Shown one piece after another: positions 49,311 to 57,337 of a stretch of DNA of 64,000 nucleotides. Location: contig CACCQD010000001.1 of NCBI GenBank assembly GCA_902547925.1, positions 26,557-90,556 on the forward strand, in the 5' to 3' direction. This stretch comes from an uncultured SAR116 cluster alpha proteobacterium. Its GTDB lineage: Bacteria; Pseudomonadota; Alphaproteobacteria; Puniceispirillales; Puniceispirillaceae. The notes under the pieces are model-generated. The model ran no database searches. It was not told the DNA's origin and saw only the letters and a program-made list of their open reading frames with translations. A program made the translations under genes and the position numbers. The number at the start of each line of letters is the position of its first letter. Position 1 is the stretch's first letter.

Positions 49311-49595
49311 TTACAACAAAAACCCTAAGACGGCGCTATCAGCAATCTCGGAACAGGCGAGCGTTAAGTCGTCGAGATAGTCACCATGGACCACCTCAGC
49401 AAGATGGGCAAAATTTGGCGGCAAGCGGGCCATCTGTTCCTTGGGCACCTCCTCCAGATCAACATAGCGGTAGATCGTTACCGACGCCTCACCAGAACAG
49501 ACACCAAAGGGCTCATGCGCTGTTGCAATCGTATCCTCTTGGAGAAGCATTGTGAGGAAAGACACACACAAAGGGCCACTGCCGTCGCGCGCCAT
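49311..49595 (-). CDS. Hypothetical protein; probably the 3' portion of a longer gene interrupted by an in-frame TGA (see findings)
   Basis: 94-aa ORF with no Shine-Dalgarno sequence upstream of ATG 49595. The same frame is open upstream to ATG 49748/49745, which is preceded by AAGGAA, with a single TGA at 49613-49611. Confidence 0.5.
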   Translation of the reverse strand: MARDGSGPLCVSFLTMLLQEDTIATAHEPFGVCSGEASVTIYRYVDLEEVPKEQMARLPPNFAHLAEVVHGDYLDDLTLACSEIADSAVLGFLL

Positions 49596-49888
49596 AATCG
49601 AGAAAATAATTCACCGTCTGTTGTCATCGAGCAATTCAAGCTGAACGATAGGAACATCATCCGATCCCGCCCTCCATCTGCGCTTTACCAACTCCGATAC
49701 CTTAAATGGTAGCGAGGCCTGCGGGGCGTCAACAAATTGTTTCATCATTTCCTTGATTCGTGCATGCATGTCCAAGATCCATTCGCATCAGCCCCCACCC
49801 CGAGGGCTAATGTCACGTCATTTGGTTCCCACCATCGCCACCATGATACCAACAGACGAAGAATCAGCTCCCACAAACTTTAACTCAT

Positions 49889-49905
49889 GTTAACCATTGG
49901 TTAAC
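49889..49905. promoter_or_regulatory. Perfect 8-1-8 inverted repeat GTTAACCA-T-TGGTTAAC (operator-like)
   Basis: Arms at 49889-49896 and 49898-49905 are exact reverse complements. Located in the 480-nt non-coding region between the divergent small gene (start about 49748) and the acetoacetyl-CoA synthetase gene (ATG 50230). Confidence 0.5.
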
Positions 49906-49982
49906 AATTATATTAAGAAACCGTTTAAAAAACTCTACTGACGGATAGGCCCTTCGTCTGATCCCCGGTGGAAAGCGCCACC

Positions 49983-50002
49983 CCGAGCCGAGCCGAGCCG
50001 AA
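49983..50002. repeat. Pentanucleotide tandem repeat (CCGAG)x3 plus the degenerate unit CCGAA
   Basis: Read directly from the sequence: ccgag ccgag ccgag ccgaa. Confidence 0.9.
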
Positions 50003-50207
50003 CCAAGCTAAATCAAGCCAGTCCACAGACTAAACCAGAGACTAACAATATGACACTCTGGCCAACCCAAAACAGCCAAATATTCGCTTGGCACCTGCCA
50101 TATGCGCTCGAAATTCGTTGTCGTGATGCCGGCCAAACCCTATGCTGTACACGCGCTCTTTACTTAATTCTAAGGGGCACCAGTGAACGGAGTTGGCAGG
50201 ACCAACC

Positions 50208-50222
50208 AAGGCAAGGCAAGGC
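50208..50222. repeat. Pentanucleotide tandem repeat (AAGGC)x3 immediately upstream of the aacS start codon
   Basis: Read directly from the sequence: aaggc aaggc aaggc, followed by aaaattc ATG (50230). Confidence 0.9.
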
Positions 50223-50229
50223 AAAATTC

Positions 50230-52215
50230 ATGACGCGCACCCCCGCCATTTCAACCAAGCAGGACGCAAGAATTTTATGGCAACCAACCGAACAGCAGAT
50301 CAGCGACAGCAATCTGTACGATTTTGCCACGATGGTTGCGGCGCGGCAAAACAATCAACAGGGTTGGAGCGGTGACTATCATGAGCTGTGGCAATGGTCG
50401 ATTGATGACAGCCCTGCTTTCTGGGACGCATTATGGGAATGGCAGGGCATAATCGGCGAGAAGGGCGCGCGAAGAATTGTTAATGAGAGCGCGATGCCGG
50501 GCGCACGCTTCTTTCCCGACGGGCGGCTGTGTTTTGCCGAGAACATTCTGGCAGAAGCTGATAACCGGCCTGCAATTTCTGCATATGGTGAGGATGGCCG
50601 TCATACGTCACTGACCCGGCGCGAGTTGAAAGACCGGGTAATGGCACTTGCCGGCTGGATGAGGAATCAAGGCGTGGGCCCTGGTGACCGCGTGGCGGCT
50701 TATGTGCCAAACATCGCCGAGACAATCATCATCATGCTGGCGACGTCGACACTTGGCGGCGTATTTTCCAGCTGTTCACCGGATTTCGGCATTGGCGGTG
50801 CCTGCGACCGATTCAGCCAGATCGAACCAAAGCTGCTGTTTGCCTGCGATGGCTATCACTATGCCGGCAAGGCATTGGACCGCCGGGATGTTGTTGCGAA
50901 GCTGGCGGCTGGACTGCCCTCCCTTTGCGCCATTGTTATCATACCCTATCTGGACGACACCCCGGATTTATCAGGACTTGCCGGCGCGGTGTTGTTTGAT
51001 CAAGCCCTAACCGCACCGCCACTGGAAAATTTCATCCGTGTCGGCTTTAACGACCCGCTCTTTATCCTTTTTTCGAGCGGGACAACAGGTGCCCCTAAAT
51101 GCATCGTCCATGGCGTCGGTGGAACGACATTGCAGCATGCCAAGGAGTTAAGCCTGCAATCCGATGTGAAACAAGGTGATGCGCTGTTCTTTTTTACCAC
51201 CTGTGGCTGGATGATGTGGAACTGGATGGTCTCAACCCTGATGGTCAATGCGCGGATTGTGCTGTTCGAAGGCAACCCGTTTCATCCGGGTCCGGGCAGG
51301 CTCTGGCAGATCGCCGCGCGAGAGCAGCTTAGCCATTTCGGTGTTTCGGCGAAATATATCGATGCGGTGCGCAACACCGGCTACCGGCCAATGGATGACG
51401 TCGATTTGCAAAAACTGCGACTGGTGATGACCACAGGCTCGCCGCTTTCAGTTGACGGGTTTGATTTCGTCTATCAGGCAATCAGCCCCGGCGTGCAGCT
51501 CTGCTCAATCTCTGGCGGCACCGATATAGTCTCCTGCTTCGTTCTCGGATGCCCCACCTTGCCAGTGATTGCCGGTGAGATACAGGTGCGCGGCCTTGGC
51601 ATGGCCGTTGCCATTCTTGATGAGACCGGCACCCCGGTGACAGGTGAACAGGGTGAGCTGTGCTGTGTTGCTCCCTTCCCCTCAATGCCGATTAAATTCT
51701 GGAACGATCCGGGCGATGCCAAATACAAAGCCGCCTATTTTGAGCATTTTCCGGGTGTCTGGCGACATGGTGACTGGGCGACGCTGACCGAGCGCAGCGG
51801 TATCATCATTCATGGTCGCTCCGATGCAACTCTGAATCCCGGCGGTGTGAGGATTGGCACGGCCGAGATTTACCGGCAGGTTGAGGCCTTCGATGAGATT
51901 GCCGAGGCGCTTGTTGTCGGTCAGTCATGGGACAATGATGTGCGGGTGATATTGTTTGTTCGTCTTGGCGAAGCTTGCGTCCTCAATGCTGATCTTATCA
52001 CTGCGATCAAAGCCGCCATCCGGTGTGGTGCAACGCCGCGGCATGTTCCAGCAAGAATTATCGCCGTTCCAGACATTCCCAGAACCCGATCAGGCAAAAT
52101 CACCGAACTGGCTGTTCGCGACATCATCCATGGTCGCCCAGTCAAAAACACAGAAGCGTTGGCCAATGCGGATGCACTCGCATTTTTTCATAACCTACCT
52201 GAACTGGCAGAATAG
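50230..52215 (+). CDS. aacS: Acetoacetyl-CoA synthetase
   Basis: ORF 50050..52215. Start moved to ATG 50230 (MTRTPAISTKQDARILWQPTEQQISDSNLYDF), because the 60-aa extension has no family resemblance. Blocks FWDALWEW, RFFPDGRLCFAENIL and FSSGTTGAPKCIVH. Confidence 0.9.
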   Translation: MTRTPAISTKQDARILWQPTEQQISDSNLYDFATMVAARQNNQQGWSGDYHELWQWSIDDSPAFWDALWEWQGIIGEKGARRIVNESAMPGARFFPDGRLCFAENILAEADNRPAISAYGEDGRHTSLTRRELKDRVMALAGWMRNQGVGPGDRVAAYVPNIAETIIIMLATSTLGGVFSSCSPDFGIGGACDRFSQIEPKLLFACDGYHYAGKALDRRDVVAKLAAGLPSLCAIVIIPYLDDTPDLSGLAGAVLFDQALTAPPLENFIRVGFNDPLFILFSSGTTGAPKCIVHGVGGTTLQHAKELSLQSDVKQGDALFFFTTCGWMMWNWMVSTLMVNARIVLFEGNPFHPGPGRLWQIAAREQLSHFGVSAKYIDAVRNTGYRPMDDVDLQKLRLVMTTGSPLSVDGFDFVYQAISPGVQLCSISGGTDIVSCFVLGCPTLPVIAGEIQVRGLGMAVAILDETGTPVTGEQGELCCVAPFPSMPIKFWNDPGDAKYKAAYFEHFPGVWRHGDWATLTERSGIIIHGRSDATLNPGGVRIGTAEIYRQVEAFDEIAEALVVGQSWDNDVRVILFVRLGEACVLNADLITAIKAAIRCGATPRHVPARIIAVPDIPRTRSGKITELAVRDIIHGRPVKNTEALANADALAFFHNLPELAE

Positions 52216-52221
52216 AAACAG

Positions 52222-52743
52222 TTAGGTGCCTTGCCTGATTAAGGTCTGCACGGCACTGCTGTTGGCAAATTGTTTGCGCATCCGGCGAAAATTCGCTAGT
52301 GCCAAACCAAGTTGGCTTGTCTCGGCTTTCTTGAGCGCATCATCATCATTCAAATCATCGACCTTTGCGGGACCACAGGCAATGGCGATATATGTATGTA
52401 ACGCACCAACACGCTCAGCAATTTTCTGGAATTTTGCCTTTGAGCCAACCGGCCATTTTTCTCGCAGGATCGTTAGCAGCATAAAATTGGTTCCATTGGC
52501 GAAGGTGGCACCCATTGTGCCGTTCGCCTGAACCTCTGCGGCGATCGCCGTCATCACCGCCAGATACTCGGGATCAGCAGCCAAGGCCTCGCCTCGGTCC
52601 TGATCCATCCAGTGACCAAGAAGATTAATTTTATCAACCAGATCTAGACCCATCAATTTCGCATTGGCCCCGCCATCATGCGCGTCAACATCAATATCAA
52701 CAACGTCAGTCTCGCCCATCACCCGGATAATCTTTGTCGCCAC
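52222..52743 (-). CDS. Hypothetical protein (173 aa)
   Basis: GTG start at 52743, preceded by AGGAG 7 nt upstream. Acidic, soluble-looking protein with no motif I recognise. Confidence 0.6.
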   Translation of the reverse strand: MATKIIRVMGETDVVDIDVDAHDGGANAKLMGLDLVDKINLLGHWMDQDRGEALAADPEYLAVMTAIAAEVQANGTMGATFANGTNFMLLTILREKWPVGSKAKFQKIAERVGALHTYIAIACGPAKVDDLNDDDALKKAETSQLGLALANFRRMRKQFANSSAVQTLIRQGT

Positions 52744-52860
52744 TTCGCTCTCCTGTTAAACCATTGACGCGCCAGCCCTGTTCTGCATTTGGAGGTTTTA
52801 GGAGAAACAGACACCTGTTGGCAAGTCGCCCTCAACAGGCGCCAAAAGATTTTGTAGGCA

Positions 52861-53763
52861 TCAGCTGTTAAATGACTCTGACGACTGTGCCGCCCTACCC
52901 CGCACCAATTCGCGCCAGACAATCACCAGGCAACTTCCAATAATAATAGCAGCACCTGTAATTTCCGTTGTTGTCATAATTTCGGCGAACATGAAATAGC
53001 CAACGAGTCCAGACAGCGGCATCTGCAGATACCGCATTGAGGAAATGACGACAGCATCGGCATATCGATATGAACTGGTAAGCAGAATTTGCAAAAATGA
53101 TGCAACAACACCGAGCGCAATCAACTGATGGAGGGTTGTACCGCTATAAATGACGAAATTGATGGGAAACAGCATGACAACGACGCTGATCACCAGAAAT
53201 CCCATCAAATTGTACCAAATAGCAACGCTGGCTGGCGCATCGCTTCGACCAAGCCGCCGCAACAAAATGGCTAGCACCGCCCCTGACATTGCCGCCATCA
53301 CCCCAAAGAGCGCATAATGTGTCAAATCACTGGAAAACGGGTCTGTGACGACAATTACCCCCATCATTCCGGTCAAAACCGCAGACCAGCGGTAAATGCC
53401 AACCCGTTCACCCAGCAACAGCGGAGAGAGCAGCGTTACAAAAATGACCGAACTCTGGAATAAAGCTGTCGCCTGGCCCAGCGGCATCGTGCGCACCGAC
53501 AGAAACCAGAAACAGATACCGGAAAACCCGAAAAGCACTCGGAAAAACAAGGTCCTTTTCTGATTGATCTGCATGAACTGCCTACCACGGGTAAGCAGGC
53601 CAAAGCTGATCAACAACGGCAGGCTGAAAAGGAAACGATAGAAAAGGGTCGTGACCACCGACACCTCGCTGCTGACCTCCTTGACCAAAACGCCAGTGGT
53701 GATGCCGAAGCCAACGGTGCAAACGCTCAACAACGCGCCAATAACGGAACGCGGGATCGACAA
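52861..53763 (-). CDS. DMT-superfamily (EamA-like) permease
   Basis: 300 aa with about 10 TM segments in a two-repeat architecture. Second DMT gene in the window. Confidence 0.8.
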   Translation of the reverse strand: MSIPRSVIGALLSVCTVGFGITTGVLVKEVSSEVSVVTTLFYRFLFSLPLLISFGLLTRGRQFMQINQKRTLFFRVLFGFSGICFWFLSVRTMPLGQATALFQSSVIFVTLLSPLLLGERVGIYRWSAVLTGMMGVIVVTDPFSSDLTHYALFGVMAAMSGAVLAILLRRLGRSDAPASVAIWYNLMGFLVISVVVMLFPINFVIYSGTTLHQLIALGVVASFLQILLTSSYRYADAVVISSMRYLQMPLSGLVGYFMFAEIMTTTEITGAAIIIGSCLVIVWRELVRGRAAQSSESFNS

Positions 53764-53833
53764 GAAATCGCCCCTCAGAAAAAAAACTCAGTGACCGTCA
53801 ACCTAGGCCAGAACCGAGTCGAGCGCACCTGTT

Positions 53834-53856
53834 CTTTTGCTGAAAATCAGCAAAAG
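53834..53856. terminator. Perfect 10-bp-stem hairpin CTTTTGCTGA-AAA-TCAGCAAAAG between cytochrome b561 and the DMT gene
   Basis: Stem arms at 53834-53843 and 53847-53856 with a 3-nt loop, 26 nt downstream of the cytochrome b stop on the minus strand. No clean U-tract follows the stem on either strand. Confidence 0.4.
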
Positions 53857-53881
53857 GCTAGCATCGCGCATGTTTGCAACC

Positions 53882-54544
53882 TCACCAGACAGGACGCAGC
53901 AAGGGCAACATCTGGGAAATGGCGACGCACGCAACCATCAACCCAAGACCAAAAAGGGTTTGACGGGTCGAAATGCCACCATCAACACCGGAAATGCGGT
54001 CTGCCGGATCACTGGCCCGGCCATGCACCATCGCAGCGGTCAAACCCTGACGTTTGACAAATTTATAGAACAGAATCGCCACAACATGCAGCCCGACAAG
54101 CGCAAACACGAAATATTGTCCCAAATGGTGGAGGCTTGTCGCCTGTTTGCTTGCCTGCATCGATAGAAGATGCGCCATCGGCCCATCAAAGAGAATGCCG
54201 TCATTGGAGACACTGCCACTGCCCGCCATAAACCCGGCAACACCCAAAAGCGCCAGAACCGAATATGCGGCGAGCGGTGAATGGCCTGCCTGTCGTACGC
54301 TTTTCTCACCGGCCATGAGTAACCAGGAAAGAACAGCGCGGGGTCCGGTGACAAAATTGACAAACCGCGCATGATGCCCCCCAACGAGCCCCCAGATCAG
54401 GCGAAAGATCACCAGCCCCATCACCGTTAAACCCAAGCGCTCATGCGCCCACATCACGCCTGCCTTTGATGACGCAATGGCGCCGATGACAGAAAGCATC
54501 AGAGCCCAGTGAAAAATCCTTAAAGGAAGGTCCCAAATCCGCAT
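53882..54544 (-). CDS. Cytochrome b561-family / Ni-Fe-hydrogenase-type b cytochrome domain protein
   Basis: ORF 53882..54571. Likely start is ATG 54544 (MRIWDLPLRIFHWALMLSVIG). Four TM helices with conserved His (FHW, HERLG, HH, LHV). Confidence 0.8.
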   Translation of the reverse strand: MRIWDLPLRIFHWALMLSVIGAIASSKAGVMWAHERLGLTVMGLVIFRLIWGLVGGHHARFVNFVTGPRAVLSWLLMAGEKSVRQAGHSPLAAYSVLALLGVAGFMAGSGSVSNDGILFDGPMAHLLSMQASKQATSLHHLGQYFVFALVGLHVVAILFYKFVKRQGLTAAMVHGRASDPADRISGVDGGISTRQTLFGLGLMVACVAISQMLPLLRPVW

Positions 54545-54709
54545 GTGACGTACACCCCCGAATATTGGCAAAATGCCCGTTTAATGGCGAAACTATGATG
54601 ACAGAAAAGCGACCTTTTGAACAGCGAGCCACCTCAAAAATCTGTGAGTGCGGTGTGCCAGCACTTCACCAGCCTTGGTCACACGGATATTGCGCGATAT
54701 AGTTTTGGC

Positions 54710-55369
54710 ATGAGTGACATGCATCAAAAACTGTTTATCGATGCCGGCCATGGTGATGGCGGTGCCTTGCAGGGATTGGCCCGGCTTGATGAAGATGTTG
54801 CACGGGCGCTAAAAACATATGGATCACCCCCTGACAGATCACTTCCCGCCAGCTTTGACACGTTGGCACGCGCCATTGTAGGGCAACAGGTCTCGCGCAC
54901 TGCGGCATCATCGATCTGGAACCGGATGGAGGCCGCCAGCCTGACGCATGAGACCGTCATCGCCAACAGCTCGGCAGATGTTATGATGACCGCAGGCCTA
55001 TCACGGCGAAAAGCCGAGTATCTGATCGGCCTTGCCGCGGAGATCACCGCAGGAACACTCGACCTTCCTGGACTGGCGCATCTGCCCGGTGAAAAGGTTC
55101 AGACCCGCCTGATGGAGATTCGCGGCATTGGCAGTTGGACAGCTGATAATTATCGGCTGTTTGCCCTTGCCGATATGGATGCGTGGCCAATCAATGACAT
55201 CGCGCTACAGGAAGGGATGAAACTGCTGAAATCATTGGATTCCCGTCCAACAGCATCAGAGCTGGAGTTAATCGCCGAGCGCTGGCGCCCCTATCGCGGT
55301 GCGGGCGCATTGGTGCTCTGGCACCTTTATGGCATTCTGGTCCGCAAGGTTACGATTGCGGATGTCTGA
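54710..55369 (+). CDS. alkA: DNA-3-methyladenine glycosylase II (AlkA-like, HhH-GPD superfamily)
   Basis: ORF 54617..55369 has a TTG start. The first ATG at 54710 gives MSDMHQKLF. Blocks IVGQQVSRTAASSIWNR and helix-hairpin-helix LMEIRGIGSWTADNYRLFAL, followed by a WPINDIAL Asp. Confidence 0.82.
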   Translation: MSDMHQKLFIDAGHGDGGALQGLARLDEDVARALKTYGSPPDRSLPASFDTLARAIVGQQVSRTAASSIWNRMEAASLTHETVIANSSADVMMTAGLSRRKAEYLIGLAAEITAGTLDLPGLAHLPGEKVQTRLMEIRGIGSWTADNYRLFALADMDAWPINDIALQEGMKLLKSLDSRPTASELELIAERWRPYRGAGALVLWHLYGILVRKVTIADV

Positions 55370-55376
55370 GATGCCC

Positions 55377-56072
55377 TCAGACAAAAAGATCGCCCTGGCC
55401 CGGGGTGCCGCTGGCCTGCTGGGCGCCGCGTTTTTCAGCGGCAAGCGCCGCCTCATCAAGCGGCATTACCAATCGTGGGTGATCCTCGGCCACTTTACCA
55501 ACCGCCGGACCAACGCGGTACCAGTTGAACAGACTGGTTGGCGCGGCTTGAAGATATTGTTCTGCCATTTTGCCATCATTTGTTAACCAGCCGTGCCAGC
55601 TGTTGCGCGGCAGGACCAACGGCTGCCGGTGATGAATGGTCTTCAACTCACCTTCTGCGGCGCTTGTCATCACCGCAAAATGCGGTCTCCCACTGACGGT
55701 AAACAGCAGACCAGCAAACGCCATCAAGCCGCCATCGCCCATCTGTATGTGCCAGGGTTGGCGGGGCGCCGACCATTCGTACCACCCCGTTGCGGCCACA
55801 AGACAGCGCCGCGTCGCAAACGCATCGCGGAAGGTTGGTTTTTCAGTGACCGTCTCCATCCGCGCATTGATCAGGAAACTCTGTTTGCTAGACGCGGGTG
55901 GTAGCCCCCATTTGGCGTAAACAGCCTCGGCATGCAGGCCTGACTGCTGGATGACTAGCGCAGATTGACCGGGCGCAACATTCCATCGCGGTTGGAGATT
56001 TTCGGGTATCGTCAAACCAAAATGCCGCATCAACTCCTCCGGCGAGGCGGCGCTGGTGTATCGTCCACACAT
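55377..56072 (-). CDS. SOS-response-associated peptidase (SRAP / YedK family), abasic-site sensor
   Basis: 231 aa. Hallmark N-terminus MCGRY (Cys2). Blocks NARMETVTEKPTFRDAF and WYEW. Confidence 0.9.
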   Translation of the reverse strand: MCGRYTSAASPEELMRHFGLTIPENLQPRWNVAPGQSALVIQQSGLHAEAVYAKWGLPPASSKQSFLINARMETVTEKPTFRDAFATRRCLVAATGWYEWSAPRQPWHIQMGDGGLMAFAGLLFTVSGRPHFAVMTSAAEGELKTIHHRQPLVLPRNSWHGWLTNDGKMAEQYLQAAPTSLFNWYRVGPAVGKVAEDHPRLVMPLDEAALAAEKRGAQQASGTPGQGDLFV

Positions 56073-56258
56073 CTGTCTGCAACTCCCAAAACCCTATATT
56101 GCGCCACCAGCAGAAGACCCGTTCCAGTGATGTAAGTCGGTATCATGCGACAGCCATCAACTAGAATCCACCAGTTAGATGCCGCAGGCACGACAACACA
56201 TATGATGAATTTTATTCGGCGCAGCCCACTAGGCGCGAAAGACCGGTTAGGCTATGAC

Positions 56259-57239
56259 ATGCGCATGACCGAGCTTTTGCCCCTTTCTGACCTGAGCATT
56301 ACCCGTGCCGCCGCCACTTTGCGCATGGGAGGGCTTGTTGCATTCCCCACTGAGACAGTCTACGGCCTTGGCGCCAATGCCAATAATGCGGCCGCCGTGG
56401 CTGGTATCTTTGCGGCAAAGAACAGACCCGAATTCAACCCCCTGATCAGCCATGTGGCAACACCCGATGCCGCTTTTGCGCTTGGCCACAAGACCCCCAT
56501 GGCGGCAGCGTTGGCCGATGCTTTCTGGCCCGGACCAATGACGCTCGTGCTAACACGTGAGCCGGATTGCCCAATCGCCATGCTGACAAGTGCCGGCCTT
56601 GAAAAAATAGCCCTACGTGTTCCAGCACATCCTGAGGCGCAGCGTCTGTTGGCCGCCTTTGGAGGACCTGTCGCGGCGCCGAGTGCCAATATGTCGGGCA
56701 AGATCAGCCCAAGCAGGGCCGCGCATGTCATGCAGTCACTTGCCGGCAGGATTGACCTCGTCCTTGATGGTGGCGCCTGCGAGAACGGCGTCGAGTCAAC
56801 GATTATTGATTGCACAGGTGCGCAGGCCATTATCCTGCGTCCCGGGGGAGTGACGCGCAACAAGATCGCCCGCGTGCTTATCAAGGCAAATCTTGACCCG
56901 AAGATGGGCAAACCATCTACCTCAGACAATGACAAAGCACCCGTCAGCCCCGGCCAGCTCGCCAGCCATTACGCGCCAAACGCGGCCTTGCGTCTGAACG
57001 CCCTGAGTGCGGCTAAGGACGAAATCCTTGTTGGATTTGGCGAAATAGCCGGTTCTGGCAAACAGCCTATTAACCTGAGCAGAACGGGCAATCTGAATGA
57101 AGCAGCGGCAAATCTATTTGATCTTCTGCATCAGCTTGACGCCTTGAAACTGCCCAAGATCGCCATTGCCCCCATTCCCGACACTGGATTGGGCGAGGCA
57201 ATCAATGACCGCTTGCGCCGCGCCGCCGCACCGCGATAA
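56259..57239 (+). CDS. L-threonylcarbamoyladenylate synthase (TsaC/Sua5, YrdC plus Sua5 domains)
   Basis: ORF 56145..57239. Likely start is ATG 56259/56265 (MRMTELLPL). Blocks GGLVAFPTETVYGLGANA and SANMSGKISPS, with a C-terminal Sua5 domain. Confidence 0.88.
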   Translation: MRMTELLPLSDLSITRAAATLRMGGLVAFPTETVYGLGANANNAAAVAGIFAAKNRPEFNPLISHVATPDAAFALGHKTPMAAALADAFWPGPMTLVLTREPDCPIAMLTSAGLEKIALRVPAHPEAQRLLAAFGGPVAAPSANMSGKISPSRAAHVMQSLAGRIDLVLDGGACENGVESTIIDCTGAQAIILRPGGVTRNKIARVLIKANLDPKMGKPSTSDNDKAPVSPGQLASHYAPNAALRLNALSAAKDEILVGFGEIAGSGKQPINLSRTGNLNEAAANLFDLLHQLDALKLPKIAIAPIPDTGLGEAINDRLRRAAAPR

Positions 57240-57337
57240 CCCTTGGACCCAACAGGATCGTTGGCGAGAGGTCTCAAAATCCCTATAGTTATCTCCGGAT
57301 TAAGTCACACCCATTACTGATTGAGGAGCAGCGTGCA

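Noticed and set aside
49611-49613. Selenocysteine or UGA-as-Trp recoding at the in-frame TGA.
   Set aside because: TGA is used as a normal terminator by neighbouring intact genes (purQ, gltX, grxD). There is no Cys-type redox context around the site. I noticed no obvious stem-loop immediately downstream and no sel genes in the window.
50050-50229. The 60-codon N-terminal extension of aacS given by the ORF track.
   Set aside because: The extension (MTLWPTQNSQIFAWHLPYALEIRCRDAG...) has no resemblance to acetoacetyl-CoA synthetase N-termini. It also contains the AAGGC microsatellite. ATG 50230 gives a family-typical N-terminus with an AAGG upstream.
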